Part shown: piece by piece, positions 14,539 to 24,999 of the stretch
Numbering within the stretch: position 1 is the first letter of the stretch
How the letters are laid out: each line of letters opens with the position of its first letter
DNA from: Centroscyllium fabricii
Taxonomy: Eukaryota
NCBI GenBank assembly: GCA_051313645.2
Contig: JBNRSN020000003.1
Coordinates: 433,318,001 to 433,382,000 of the forward strand
Length of the DNA: 64,000 nucleotides
Direction of reading: 5' to 3'
Program-made: the position numbers and the translations under genes
The notes under the pieces: generated by a model
Database searches by the model: none
What the model saw: only the letters and a program-made list of their open reading frames with translations
Told to the model about the DNA's origin: nothing

Positions 14539-14780
14539 TGTGTCATTTCCACATCGGGGAATAAATGACTGCACATAATAATTGTATGTAAAATACCCTT
14601 TAACTTACAGGTTTCCCCATCCCTTTAAGAGAGAGGGAAAACAGACCCATTGTGACCAAGTGTGACATCATCGTGCATTCCGCAGGCTTTTTCAGTTTAG
14701 AATGTTTTTGGAGTTTGAACTATAAAGATCAGTTGTTGTGTAGTTGCTCCTCCGAATTGGCTGATTTATTTGTTGGGACA
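14539..14780 (+). repeat. 3' LTR (242 bp, with small deletions relative to the 5' LTR)
   Basis: Aligns with 10323-10581 with roughly 14 substitutions by hand count, 5-bp and 13-bp deletions and a 1-bp insertion. Confidence 0.93.
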
Positions 14781-14896
14781 ATACCTCCCTTGAAAACTAC
14801 CTATGCCACAAACAGGATTTCTCTAAAGTGCAGCTGCATCCAGCTCAGGAGTGGGTAGAGGATTCTGTTGGTGAGTAAACAATTAAAATGTAGTTT

Positions 14897-14925
14897 AAAT
14901 AAATAAAATTGAGCAGCCATTTAAT
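14897..14925 (-). terminator. Candidate poly(A) site for the GAMTYI isoform (ATTAAA plus U-rich downstream element)
   Basis: Plus-strand TTTAAT at 14920-14925 reads ATTAAA on the minus strand, about 420 nt after the stop. It is followed by TTTTATTTATTT on the minus strand. Confidence 0.4.
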
Positions 14926-15345
14926 AATAGTAAAATCTGCATACAAATCAGAACATAATGAACTTAACTGTTTTGAGCATTAGATTTTGTGAAGTTATTA
15001 TTTAAATGTTCGACTGTATCATGAAGCGATTTTGGTTTTCAAAGAAAAACAAGCATTTTGTGTGTGGTCATGGGCAATGGACGCTAAGTTTCACAAAAAA
15101 CTAGCCCCAGTATTGGCAGAGATATCAGTATGTGCCAAATGCAATCTCACTGATAACAGATAACAATTAGCACTCTTGTTCTCCCTCCCCGCTGCCCAAT
15201 AACGTAAAAATGTTTGTTTATAGAGTGCACAATAATGAAGTCACACGACCACACTGTGTATTGCACTTTGCTGCATTCTCTTATCTGTGTGTAACACAGA
15301 ACGTGGTCCTGTCTGCCAAAACTTTCACCTCGAGTTTTCTTAAAA

Positions 15346-15524
15346 CTAGATGTAAGTCATTGCACCTTTGGCATTTCTGTCCAAATAGACTTCCACATAG
15401 GATGTTGGAACGTATCCTTCCTCATCCTCGTTCCGTCGGACTCTCGTCCAACCGTCTCCTTTATCTTCCTCTATCACGTTCAGTGTTTCTCCTTCTGCCA
15501 TTGCTATTGTTCCTTCATTCTGAC
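15346..15524 (-). CDS. FNBP1: FNBP1 SH3 exon ending ...[22 protein letters not shown]
   Basis: SH3 motifs [11 protein letters not shown] and GYVPTSYV. Acceptor ttcag|, TAG stop at 15346-15348. An internal donor AAAG|GTGCAA would end the exon at 15366. Confidence 0.96.
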
Positions 15525-15803
15525 CTGAATTGAAACAAGGTTCACAAATCAGGTAAAACCAAATCAGATGACAAGAATAGACAGCTTTAGGAAAAAATTC
15601 CATTCTGCTTTTTTTTTCATCCTTTCACATGCAACCTCTCAATCTGCAATGTGGGTCCACATTTGGGGCAGGAGTGCAGTTTTCTGGAGAACCTGTAGAT
15701 CAGTTGCTTTTGCCCATTTGGGAGCCTTGTGCACTGTTGTTGCTTTTTTTCTTAAGTGATCCTTGAATTGTCCCAATTAAAACAGGAGACTTGAAAAGAC
15801 TTA

Positions 15804-16439
15804 GGGGGAAAAATTCAGTATCACCCCATTTGGGGCGCCATTCTTGGCCGTGCGCAAAGTTTAGCGCCTGGTGCTAATTATCGCCTCAGAATGCAAAATT
15901 GGCTTTTATCGCCCCTGGAGGTGATTGGAGCGCTAAATCAGGCGCATCACACCTTAAGGCGCAAAGGCCGAGGAGCGAGGCGCTACCTCAGAGCGCTGGC
16001 GAAGCAAGGAAGGGCCAATCAAAATGAACCTGCAAAGTGCTGCTCAGTACCCAAAACTCCTTCACACAGCGTTGCATCTCTCCAGAAGTCTCTCTCTCTC
16101 TATCTCTGAATGTATGGTGCAAAAATGTCACCAACAAAAATGTCAGGAAGCAGTCACCTTTAACTAGCGCTCCCCCAGTCCCTTTCAGACTGCTAAACGC
16201 TCCCCTCAACCTGTTGTTGTTAGCGGCAGGCGGCGACACTCAATATCCGGTCCGGGGCGCTGCGCACTCGACTGACGTCATGCTCTGGAAGCGCAGCAGA
16301 TCGTGGTGGTAGTGTTTAGCGCCGCCGCAAAATGTCTAGTTAATTTCGTGAGCGGCATGAACATCGCCACGCCCGGGCGCTAGTTGCTTTGCACCCCATT
16401 AGTGCCCTCTTAAGGCGCAAACAACTGAATTTTTCCCCC
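15804..16439. mobile_element. PIF/Harbinger-like MITE
   Basis: Perfect 16-bp TIR GGGGGAAAAATTCAGT / ACTGAATTTTTCCCCC, 3-bp TSD TTA, GC-rich non-coding interior. Confidence 0.88.
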
Positions 16440-17245
16440 TTAGTCTGGATTCCTCCATAAAATGTACCATTTCTTGGTTGAAGCTATAGCCATCTCAGCT
16501 TCTCCCAACCCCGTAACTATTTGCTAGAAGGAACAAAACTGCCTACTGGTTGACTCTTCTGGTGATGTGACCTCTGGTCAGTGACCACCAATGTTGCCTC
16601 TATTTTCTTCCCCTGGCGCAGGCCCTTTAAATTTGCTGTGCGGCTGCACATTCTCTTCCAACGGCAGCAGCTGGTGGGCGGCCTGCGTGGAACCTCGTGA
16701 TTGATGCTCAACTGCACACCTTCGGGAGAACATTGGTGATCACCACCACAAACCCAGAGTTGTAGAAGCAAACCTGGATCCTTTGCACAGTGGCACACTG
16801 CTATGCTTTCAAATCCTTTCTTCCTTGCTGTCAAACACCATCAGTAAGCAATCATACTGGAAACATCTGTTATTTCCTCTCTGCCTCTAAAAAGCACAAC
16901 GCTAATGCAGTGTTCACCCTCTCCCTTTCTCTAGATTATCACGCACTTTACCACCACACCTAGCAAAAAGAAAACCATCTCAGAGTTTAGCTATGTGGGA
17001 ATGATCCAGTGGGAGATGAAAGGGAGTGACTATTAGATTTGTTCCACATATGGGGCAGCACCTCATCTCCATTTGAGCTCTAGCCTGAACAGCGTGTATG
17101 AGGTAAGTGAATTTACTGCGTAGAAAATTGCAGGAGCAATTTTGCAGCAAGCACATTTTGTTGGATCTCCAGGATTGAAAAAAATGTCCAAGGGGTTTCT
17201 AAGCCGTAGTTTGGCTGCCTTATTTTCTCTGCAGTATATATATAC

Positions 17246-17385
17246 CTTCGAAAGGATACATGGCTTTGCATGTGCCAATTGTTGCCAGTGTTTCTTCATC
17301 ATCAAACTCATCGTCAAATTCACTTTGTGCTGCAACTTTTAACTGAGGGTCCTGGTTCTGTTCTTCGGTGTAACTACCATCAGGG
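17246..17385 (-). CDS. FNBP1: FNBP1 exon, 140 nt (PDGSYTEEQ...[26 protein letters not shown]), acidic linker and SH3 start
   Basis: Lies within ORF 17220..17441. Acceptor gagcag| (a tandem NAGNAG), donor |gtatat, phase 2/1. Confidence 0.96.
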
Positions 17386-18172
17386 CTGCTCAAGAAAGAA
17401 ATACACACAGTAACTATAGAACAGCATAACCGAAAATACACAGCAGCAAATCCACAGGCAACTGCTGCATAAGGCTAAGTAGAGATAGTGCAGTCAAGCA
17501 ATTCAATGCCACATTAACAGGATACTGGATTCCTCATACCATGACCACAAATATTTTTCTGTAGCACAGCAATTAACGGACAAATGAAATACGTAATTAA
17601 AATCACAGTGAATCATTTAATTTAAATAGAAAAATTACAGCAAGTAATCTAGGGCAGGCACAACATGCCACAACAAACCCAACAAGTTTTGACACGAGTC
17701 ATCTATACTGCAACTGCTGCAATATTGCATTAAAAATATCGGAGGCCGTGAGTGAGTGATTATGCTACACCTTGAAAAACAGCTCTTATTACAAGCAGCA
17801 AAAATTAAATTCACAAGAACACATGGGGTCCATGCACATAGATCATTAGAATGCCATGGACAGGTACAGATAATAATCAAAATGGCTAATGGAATGCTGG
17901 CCTTTATATCCAGAGGACAAGAATACAAGGGGGTAGAAGTTATGCTGCAGCCATGCAAAGCCCTGGTTCGACCACACCTGGAGCACTGTGAGCAGTTCTG
18001 GGCACCGCACCTCAGGAAGGATACATTGGCCTTGGAGAGAGTGCAGCGTACATTTACCAGAATGATACCTGGACTCCAAGGGTTCAGTTACGAGGAGAGA
18101 TGACACAAACTTGGGTTGTATTCCCTGGAATTTAGAAGGCTAAGGGGTGATTTGATCGAAGTTTTCAAGATA

Positions 18173-19057
18173 CAGGTTGTGCACCGAAAATCCGCGACCC
18201 GAAACGCCGGCAGCTTCAGTCTGCCGGAACAAATTGCCCCGACTGCACTGCGCAAGATGGCAGCCGCGATCGCGGCTTCAGCGAATGATCTGCGCATGCG
18301 CTGCCGAACGGCGAGCGCATGCGCAGATCATTCGCCAAAGCCTCTATCGCAACGGCTATTTTGCGCATGCGCATGGCAGCCGGGGCGAGCAGACAGACAG
18401 GAGAGGACAAGCGAGAGAGAGCAGCAGAGCCCACTCCAGCCTTTGATCCCAGCACACTCACACTCACCGTCCCGATGGTTTCAGGAGACGTCGGCACCAT
18501 GGAAGGCAGGGGGCTCGGGAGGCCGAGAGTTCCGGTGCCTCGGAGTTGCTGGGAGACGAGGAGGAGAAGGAGGAGGCCTTCTCCAACCTGTAGGATGAGG
18601 AGCAGATGCTCCACATCGGTGTTTACCACGCGCCCTCAACCGCGCTTGAAACGGGGACAGGTCCCGCCTGGCTGGCCTTGATTGGGTGGTGGCAGGAGGT
18701 TTGCGATTGGTGGAAAGGCCTGTCAATCCCGTGGCTGGGGGGGGGGGGGGGGGGGGGGGGAGAGAGAGGAGGCTTGTGATTGGTGAAGCAGCCTGTCAAT
18801 CCTGCAGCTAGGGCGATAGGAGGTTTTTGATTGGTGTCAGTCCCGTGGCTGGGGGGGAATAGGAGGCTTACGATTGGTGAAGCAGCCTGTCCATCCTGTG
18901 GCAAGGAGAGGGAGGCGATTTTGCGATTGCAATGTTATGCGCATGCGCGTGGCCATTTTGAATGGTGCGCGCATTGGCCAGCTTCATTCTTCCGTTTTTT
19001 TCGCAAAACCGGCGTGGGCCTGGTCCCGCCCGTGCCGGTATAACGATGCACAACCTG
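18173..19057. mobile_element. Tc1/mariner-pogo (Tigger-like) MITE, 885 bp
   Basis: TIR CAGGTTGTGCA(C/T)CG at both ends, TA TSD (18171-18172 and 19058-19059), clean insertion into CR1. Confidence 0.9.
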
Positions 19058-19130
19058 TATTGAAGAAAACTGATAGGGTAGATAGCGAGAAACTGTTTCC
19101 GCTGGTTGGGGAGTTTTGGATTGGGGGCAC

Positions 19131-19257
19131 CAATAATTTGCGTGGCCGCGCAGCACTCCAGAGATCCTGCGCTGCCAGCATTTCAATGTAAAAAACGCAC
19201 ATGCGCAGTATTTTAAAGGGGCTGCGCAGCGCCCCAAAAAACTAAGAGGGAACATTG
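19131..19257. mobile_element. Small hAT-like MITE inside CR1
   Basis: The right end AGAGGGAACATTG reads CAATGTTCCCTCT on the reverse strand. The left end CAAT-AATTTG looks like the same TIR with an internal deletion. The flanks GGGGGCAC and GGGCAACA form only an imperfect duplication. Confidence 0.6.
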
Positions 19258-19951
19258 GGGCAACAGTCTAAAAATTTGCGCTATGCCTTTCAGGAGTGAG
19301 TTGGGAAACACTTCTACATGCAAAGGATGGTAGAAGTTTGGAACTCTCTTCTGCAAACTGCGATGGATTCCAAATCAATTGTTAATTTTAAATCTGAGAT
19401 TGACAGATTTCTGTTAACCAAAGGTATTAAGGGATATTGGGGCAAGAGCAGGCATATGGAGTTAGGTCACAGATCAGCCATGATCTCATTGAATGGTGGA
19501 ACAGACTCGAGGGATTAAATGGCCTCCTCCTGTTCCTATGAACTGTAGAACACAACATGTTGGTAGACTAATGTATCACGTCATTCTCAGTTCTATTTTT
19601 TTCTAAATAATTTATCCCATTTTAACTGACAATACATACAACTTCAGGTCATCAATGTACTTCAGGAGTAAATGGGGGATTCATACAGAACTATTACACA
19701 CAATGGTTAATAGATCTGTGAGTTAAGTTACCAGAAATGGCCATTGAAGCACATGGTACAAATGGGTTTGAGGCATAACCAGATGTGTTTCTGTAGAAAG
19801 AAGTGAGACAGGAGTAAGATGAGAAGGCAGATTTAGACCAGTCAAAAGGGTTGTTGCACCAAGTGGCCTTCATCTGTTCCAAAATGTTCAATGTTTCCTA
19901 TTTATGGACAGGTTCAAGTAGTTGTTATTGCAATTAGTAACCATACTGTAC

Positions 19952-20070
19952 CTCTCACGGTCTTGTGCACAGTTGTTGACAGCAGTGCTCTGCAACTCAA
20001 ACAACTCACTCTGTCGTCGTGGCTGATCAGTCTTGGCTGGTAAACGGCCTTCTACCTCAGCAAGCCATGC
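19952..20070 (-). CDS. FNBP1: FNBP1 exon, 119 nt ([40 protein letters not shown])
   Basis: Lies within ORF 19888..20118. Boundaries are cag| and |gtacag, phase 0/2. Contains the [11 protein letters not shown] and NNCAQDRES motifs. Confidence 0.96.
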
Positions 20071-20553
20071 CTGAAAACAATTGGAGGCAGGTGAATACTG
20101 AAGTACATGAAGATACAAGAGCGAAGTAGCTTTAACAGAGAGGACTGAATTACTTTCTCTGTAATTCTGAAAAGAAAAGCAAATAATTTTTCAAATTGTG
20201 CAGAAATAACCCTGATGGTTACAGATTACAATGCGAGTTCTATGCAGCATGCACAGTTAAAAAAATATGCAGTATTTTCAATAAAAATTAGATTTAATCA
20301 ACATGACTTGATGTGCTTGCAAATAATGTTAAAAGCACTATATGTGGTAACTCAGGTGAGCTGGGGTGGGCAGGAAGCAATAGTGACTGATACTCTGTTG
20401 GCTCAGTTTATAACTGCACGACTGTGTAGGAAGTGATACAAATCAGAGGTTCCGTGTTCAATTCCTTGCCTGTGCTTACTGGATCTCAACTATAATGGCA
20501 GTAGGGGAGCTACAATTTACACATTTCACTACTCCTGATCTTTGAAGGACGAA

Positions 20554-20784
20554 TGATGTGGAGGTGCCGGTGTTGGACTGGGGTGGACAAATGCAAGAAG
20601 TCACACAACACCAGGTTATAGTCCAACAGTTTTATTTTAAATCACAAGCTTTCGGAGCTTCTGCCCCTTTGTCAGGTGAAAGAGAAGCTTCTGTTTCACC
20701 TGACGAAGGGGCAGAAGCTCCGAAAGCTTGTGATTTAAAATAAAACTATTGGGACTATAACCTGGTGTTGTGTGACTTCTTGCA
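20554..20784. mobile_element. Palindromic Penelope-like (pLTR inverted pair) element with hammerhead motifs, copy 1
   Basis: About 100-bp inverted arms centred at 20687/20688. 13-bp TSD TTTGAAGGACGAA (20541-20553 and 20785-20797). Near-identical to 44974-45185. Confidence 0.85.
20696..20733 (+). ncRNA. Minimal type I hammerhead ribozyme motif
   Basis: TCAC-CTGACGA-A-GGGGC(AGAA)GCTCC-GAAA-GCTT-GTGA. It has stem I TCAC/GTGA, core CUGANGA, stem II, GAAA and a palindromic AGCT stem III, as in PLE hammerheads. Confidence 0.72.
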
Positions 20785-22828
20785 TTTGAAGGACGAAGGC
20801 ATTGTGACAACTTCAAACATATCTCGTGTTGAAACACAACATGCTGTTACACACAATCTACATATTAAAGGGCTGAAAGCCCTTTCTGTTGCGAAAGTTG
20901 AGGGGATTGATTGCACCATCTCGCAAAGCAATGTGGTTGCTACTTAAGGCATTATGGTCCTTCAGAAGGCCAGTAAAACTGAATGGTCTTATCTTGCTGA
21001 TACCAAAGTCAATGAAATCTCCAGCTCTCCCAAATACATGCCATCACTGCACCCTGGCTGATGTTACAGAGACCCCTTGTGGCTGCCTGAAATTATCTGT
21101 TGCCATAAAAGTTGAGTGCAGTCATTACCCTTCATAGCTACAGATAGAGCAGTGTGGGCAGATGACTATAGCTGCAGGTCCTCATCCAATAAGCATCCCC
21201 TTACTTAGATCCTCGTATCAACTGTGGTGCCTGTATATTCACTGGGGGCAGGAAATATCTGGTGGGATCTCTCTTTAAATGCTGCCTCACTCTTCTTTCC
21301 TGCATCCTCCCTTATAGGGAATATGATGTCTGCTCCCGAGAAGTCTCACATGTCCACAGGCAGTCAGAAGCAAGTCCAGGGCTGTGTAAGCCGATTTAAA
21401 AAAAATCAAATAAGTGGGTCGAGCTGCAGTTGATTGCTCCTCAAACTTTCTGCAATCTTCAGGCACAAAAACTCCTAATTTCTGTCAGTCTCAGCTGATC
21501 TTTATATTTCTAATTTTAATTGACTTCTACTGTATTGCAAGCATAAACCAGGAAATGCAAGGCTGCAGTGCCAGGGCCCTCATCGTCATATATATTTGAA
21601 TGAGCAGCATGGAGACTGTGGGCATATTGCTGGATGGGTCAAATCACAGTTGGAAATTCACTGGATCAATTATGGGACAGAAAACCTGCAAAAATGGCTT
21701 CTGCCCTCATTTGCCAGCCAAACGAATAACTTGCCCTGATTTTAGGCTCTGGACATGCAAGAACATTGTGGAATTTCAGGGCCATTGTGCAGAACTTCAC
21801 ATTATGTGACATCATGATGCCCCAGCCCAGTGACTTCATAAATGGGATCTGGGGGCAGTTTGCAAAATTCCTGATTATCACTGGACTAGGACAGCATGAT
21901 GTCACAGAAAATGGCATTCTATACAAAATGGCATCACCTTGAGTGCTTTCATTCGGCTGCTCCAAATAATAAAACATAAGAATAACTGCAAGACGTGTAA
22001 ATGTGTAAAGTCGCCTTATGAAATTTATAATTATGCAAGTGCTCATGACATTGGCCTTTTGTAATGTCATAACAGCATATGACAATCAGTAAAATCCTCT
22101 GGTATAGTTTCACTGACAAAGTGCTGATTTTCACCTCCCTTTCCTGAAGAGATTAGGAGCAGGACCTGTGGCCGAGTTCCTTTTTCCCTGGCATGAGGCA
22201 CTGATGCTAACTGCAGCATTTCCTATCGCCACCTTGGGTGAAACCAACTAACAGCACAGGCTAGAAATCAAATTGGCTGAAGAATTTTGAAGTTAGTTAA
22301 TTATAAACAAATGCAAGCTGCTAGCTGGTGCAATTCAACCCAATGCAAAAATGGAAAATGTGACGATGTTTTTTTCCATGCAGATCCACCAGGATAGTTT
22401 AAATCCTTTGCTGCTGGGAATCAGAAGCTGTTAATTCAGTTAAGGGTTGGGGGGAAACAAGGACACACTACGCAAGCTTTTGTGCTGGAAGCCAAATTAA
22501 ATATTGATTTACTTCACTCCTAAACGCCAAGCTCCAATGCCGTCTACTAATAAAGCTTGAGATTTAATTCTTGTTTAAAACAGTCTAAATATTTTTCTTG
22601 AGGGGGGGTGGGGAGTTTTCTGCTCAGCCAGTATAGTAAAGCAGAATATTTTTTTCAACATAATATGCAAGTTTAGCTCAGGTATAGTGATCAACAATGT
22701 GTTTTAACACCCAACTTTCGAAGAGCATCACAGCACCAATGTCGGACTTGAGGCCTGAGTGAGATTGCAGATGCATAGTATAAAACGTTTGAAAATTAAT
22801 CAGTAAACTATCCAAGAATGGAATTAAA

Positions 22829-23000
22829 TACAGAAAAATGCTACAAATACATCATTTGAAAACAGAAAAATTGGATGAACATTTCAGTCGATAGCTTTTG
22901 TCTCAACCCAAACATTAACCTGCTGTTTTATCTCTTTCACAAGCTGACTGACTGACCTGCTCTACATTTACATCATTTTTTGTTTCTATTTCAGATTTCC
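22829..23000. repeat. Degenerate copy of a second shark palindromic (PLE-derived) repeat
   Basis: acagaaaaatgct...aacatttcagtcga...aaacattaacc...tgacctgct...tttctatttcagatttcc retains loose inverted symmetry. Related to 5897-6015. Confidence 0.45.
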
Positions 23001-23811
23001 TAAATTTGCCATTTTTAAAATCTTTTCATTTCTGGCAAAGAATCAACAGCATCTTAAATTCATTCAATATATAACCTATGATGATCAGAGCCACCCTATG
23101 TCTGCACTCGATGTTAATTCAGTATCCCTAAGGTGAAAGAGCTGTGGTGCACATCAGCCATTTGGTCCCTCTGCACATATAGAATAATTTGGTTAGTTTC
23201 TTTTTCCATTCAAAAGACTGAAGCTATGATCGCAATCTATAGTCATCAGGGGGCGCAATAATACTGAATGATGTGACGGAGACCTGACCCAGTGTAAAAC
23301 CTGCTTTAAAGCAATTCTTGAGCTAGTATCTTGCTGTGAATATTCATTTAACAATCAGTGCCTGAAGTTTGACACACTGTCCTAATCAGACTTCCTCCCC
23401 ACAACTCCGAAGATTGTTGGCTATGCCGATGTGTATCTGGATACTAGGTGGTGTAGGAATGACTTCGACTGACTGCCGTCAATGTTGCCTCCCTACTCTG
23501 GTAAAGCACCCGTCTTCTGCACACCTTTTCTCAGTAACACTGTTAAGACAGTGGAGACAAATCTGTGCTGTTACTGCCACCAATGTGCCTCAACGTGCTC
23601 TTGAAAAAAAATGGTGAAATTCTCAATTTTCTCCCCATCGCTTCTGAAGGTTGACTCATGTTGGGATAAGATGCCTCCAGTACCTTAAACAAGCAACGGT
23701 TCATGTCTGACCGTAAACAGTCTTTTGTCAGACATTTTGACTGCAGAGAGCATCACAGCCAAGCCCAAAATTGGTCTCACCCAAAAACCACATGTGCACT
23801 TTCCAGCAATC

Positions 23812-24313
23812 GGACTTGTCACCTTGCTTCATCCCCAGCATCGAAGGTTTGACCACGCTCCATCAGCTCTGATGGACGGGTCACATTGTCTGCATGCCCG
23901 ATACGAGACTCCCAAAACAGGCGCTCTACTCGGAGCTCCAGCACGGCAAGAGAGCCCCAGGTGGGCAGAGGAAATGCTTCAAGGACACCCTCAAAGCATC
24001 CTTGAAAAAGTGTAACATCCCCACCGACACCTGGGAATCCCTGGCCTAGGACCGCACAAAGTGGAGGAGAAGCATCCGGGAAGGCGCCGAACACCTCGAG
24101 TCTCTTCGCCGGGAGCAAGCGGAAGCCAAGCGCAGGCAGCACAAGAAGCGCACGTCAACCCAAGCACCCCACCCACCCGCCCCTTCAACCACCGTCTGCC
24201 CCAACTGTGACAGAGACTGCAGGTCCCGCATTGGACTCATTAGTCACCTGCGAACTCATTTTTAATGTGGAAGCAGGTTATGCTCGATTCTGAGGGGCTG
24301 CCTAAGAAGAAGA
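23812..24313 (+). mobile_element. RTE-clade (BovB-like) LINE 3' end, 5'-truncated
   Basis: Translates to WTGHIVCMPDTRLPKQALYSEL..GKRAPGGQRKCFKDTLK and a C2H2 motif CPNCDRDCRSRIGLISHLRTH. (AAG)n tail. 14-bp TSD ACTTTCCAGC(A/G)ATC at 23798-23811 and 24314-24327. Confidence 0.92.
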
Positions 24314-24999
24314 ACTTTCCAGCGATCAGCAGCAGGAATTTCCCCTCCCTTGTCTCCAAGACTGCTGAGGCCAATTGCACAACTTCTACTGTAGTCCTCA
24401 GTGAGACCAGCTAATTCAACACAGGCTGGGTATCAAACCTTCTGCTTTGTATGGCTAGGTGCTACTCTGTGTTACAGATTTCAATCCAAGACCAAGGGCA
24501 GTTTCAATCACCTAATTTAAGTTTCATATTACATTTTAGGTATGCCAGATTGGAAGATTATTGCTTATTTTAGCTCAAATTACTGGCAAACCCTCAGATC
24601 ATTCATTGTTTCGAGCTTTTCCTAATAAGCACACAATGATAAGGAGGTTTATAGTGACTAAGGCTGGCATAGCTTAGCAGTATGGATGAAGTCATGGTTC
24701 AGTGTTCTGCCATAAACTAATTATCTGCCCCCACTTAGTGGTTAGGTGGATTACAATGTTTGTTGTGTGTCATCTAATCTAAATTGTTAAATAAGTAGAC
24801 CTCAGTGCATAAAATAGATGTACACTTGCAGCTACAATCTTGATAAAGGTAAATGTTTTACTTTAGGGAATAGGAATTATCACTTCCTGGTATTCATTCT
24901 TGTTCATTGTTTAGTTCTCGTTCTAATTTTAAGTCACTTCTCATACAGTCTAAATGTTAATTTTACTAAATAGGAAAGATGTAATCAAAATCAGGAAGT

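Larger units (their letters stand above)
10323..14780 (+). mobile_element. Full-length, decayed Ty3/Gypsy LTR retrotransposon, CsRn1-like clade
   Basis: TG...CA LTRs at both ends, 4-bp TSD ATAC (10319-10322 and 14781-14784), PBS TGGTGACCCC, G-run PPT at about 14525-14534, and domain order gag-PR-RT-RH-IN. Confidence 0.96.
17824..19541 (+). mobile_element. CR1 LINE 3' fragment interrupted by two MITEs
   Basis: ANGMLAFISRG..YK...LVRPHLE...QFWAP, RLRGDLIEVFKI and, after the inserts, LKKTDRVD...VWNSL...FKSEIDRFL plus the CR1 tail. The frame rejoins when the first insert is removed. Confidence 0.92.

Noticed and set aside
18116-19255. Cluster of overlapping 100-160-aa ORFs as a gene or transposase
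   Set aside because: GC-rich MITE interior with few stop codons. No DDE or HTH motifs, and only the CR1-derived ends are recognisable.
20554-20784. miRNA precursor or ordinary DNA-transposon MITE
   Set aside because: The stem is too long and perfect and the sequence is repeated elsewhere. Variable 12-13-bp TSDs, an asymmetric unpaired end and the hammerhead core fit a retro-derived PLE better.
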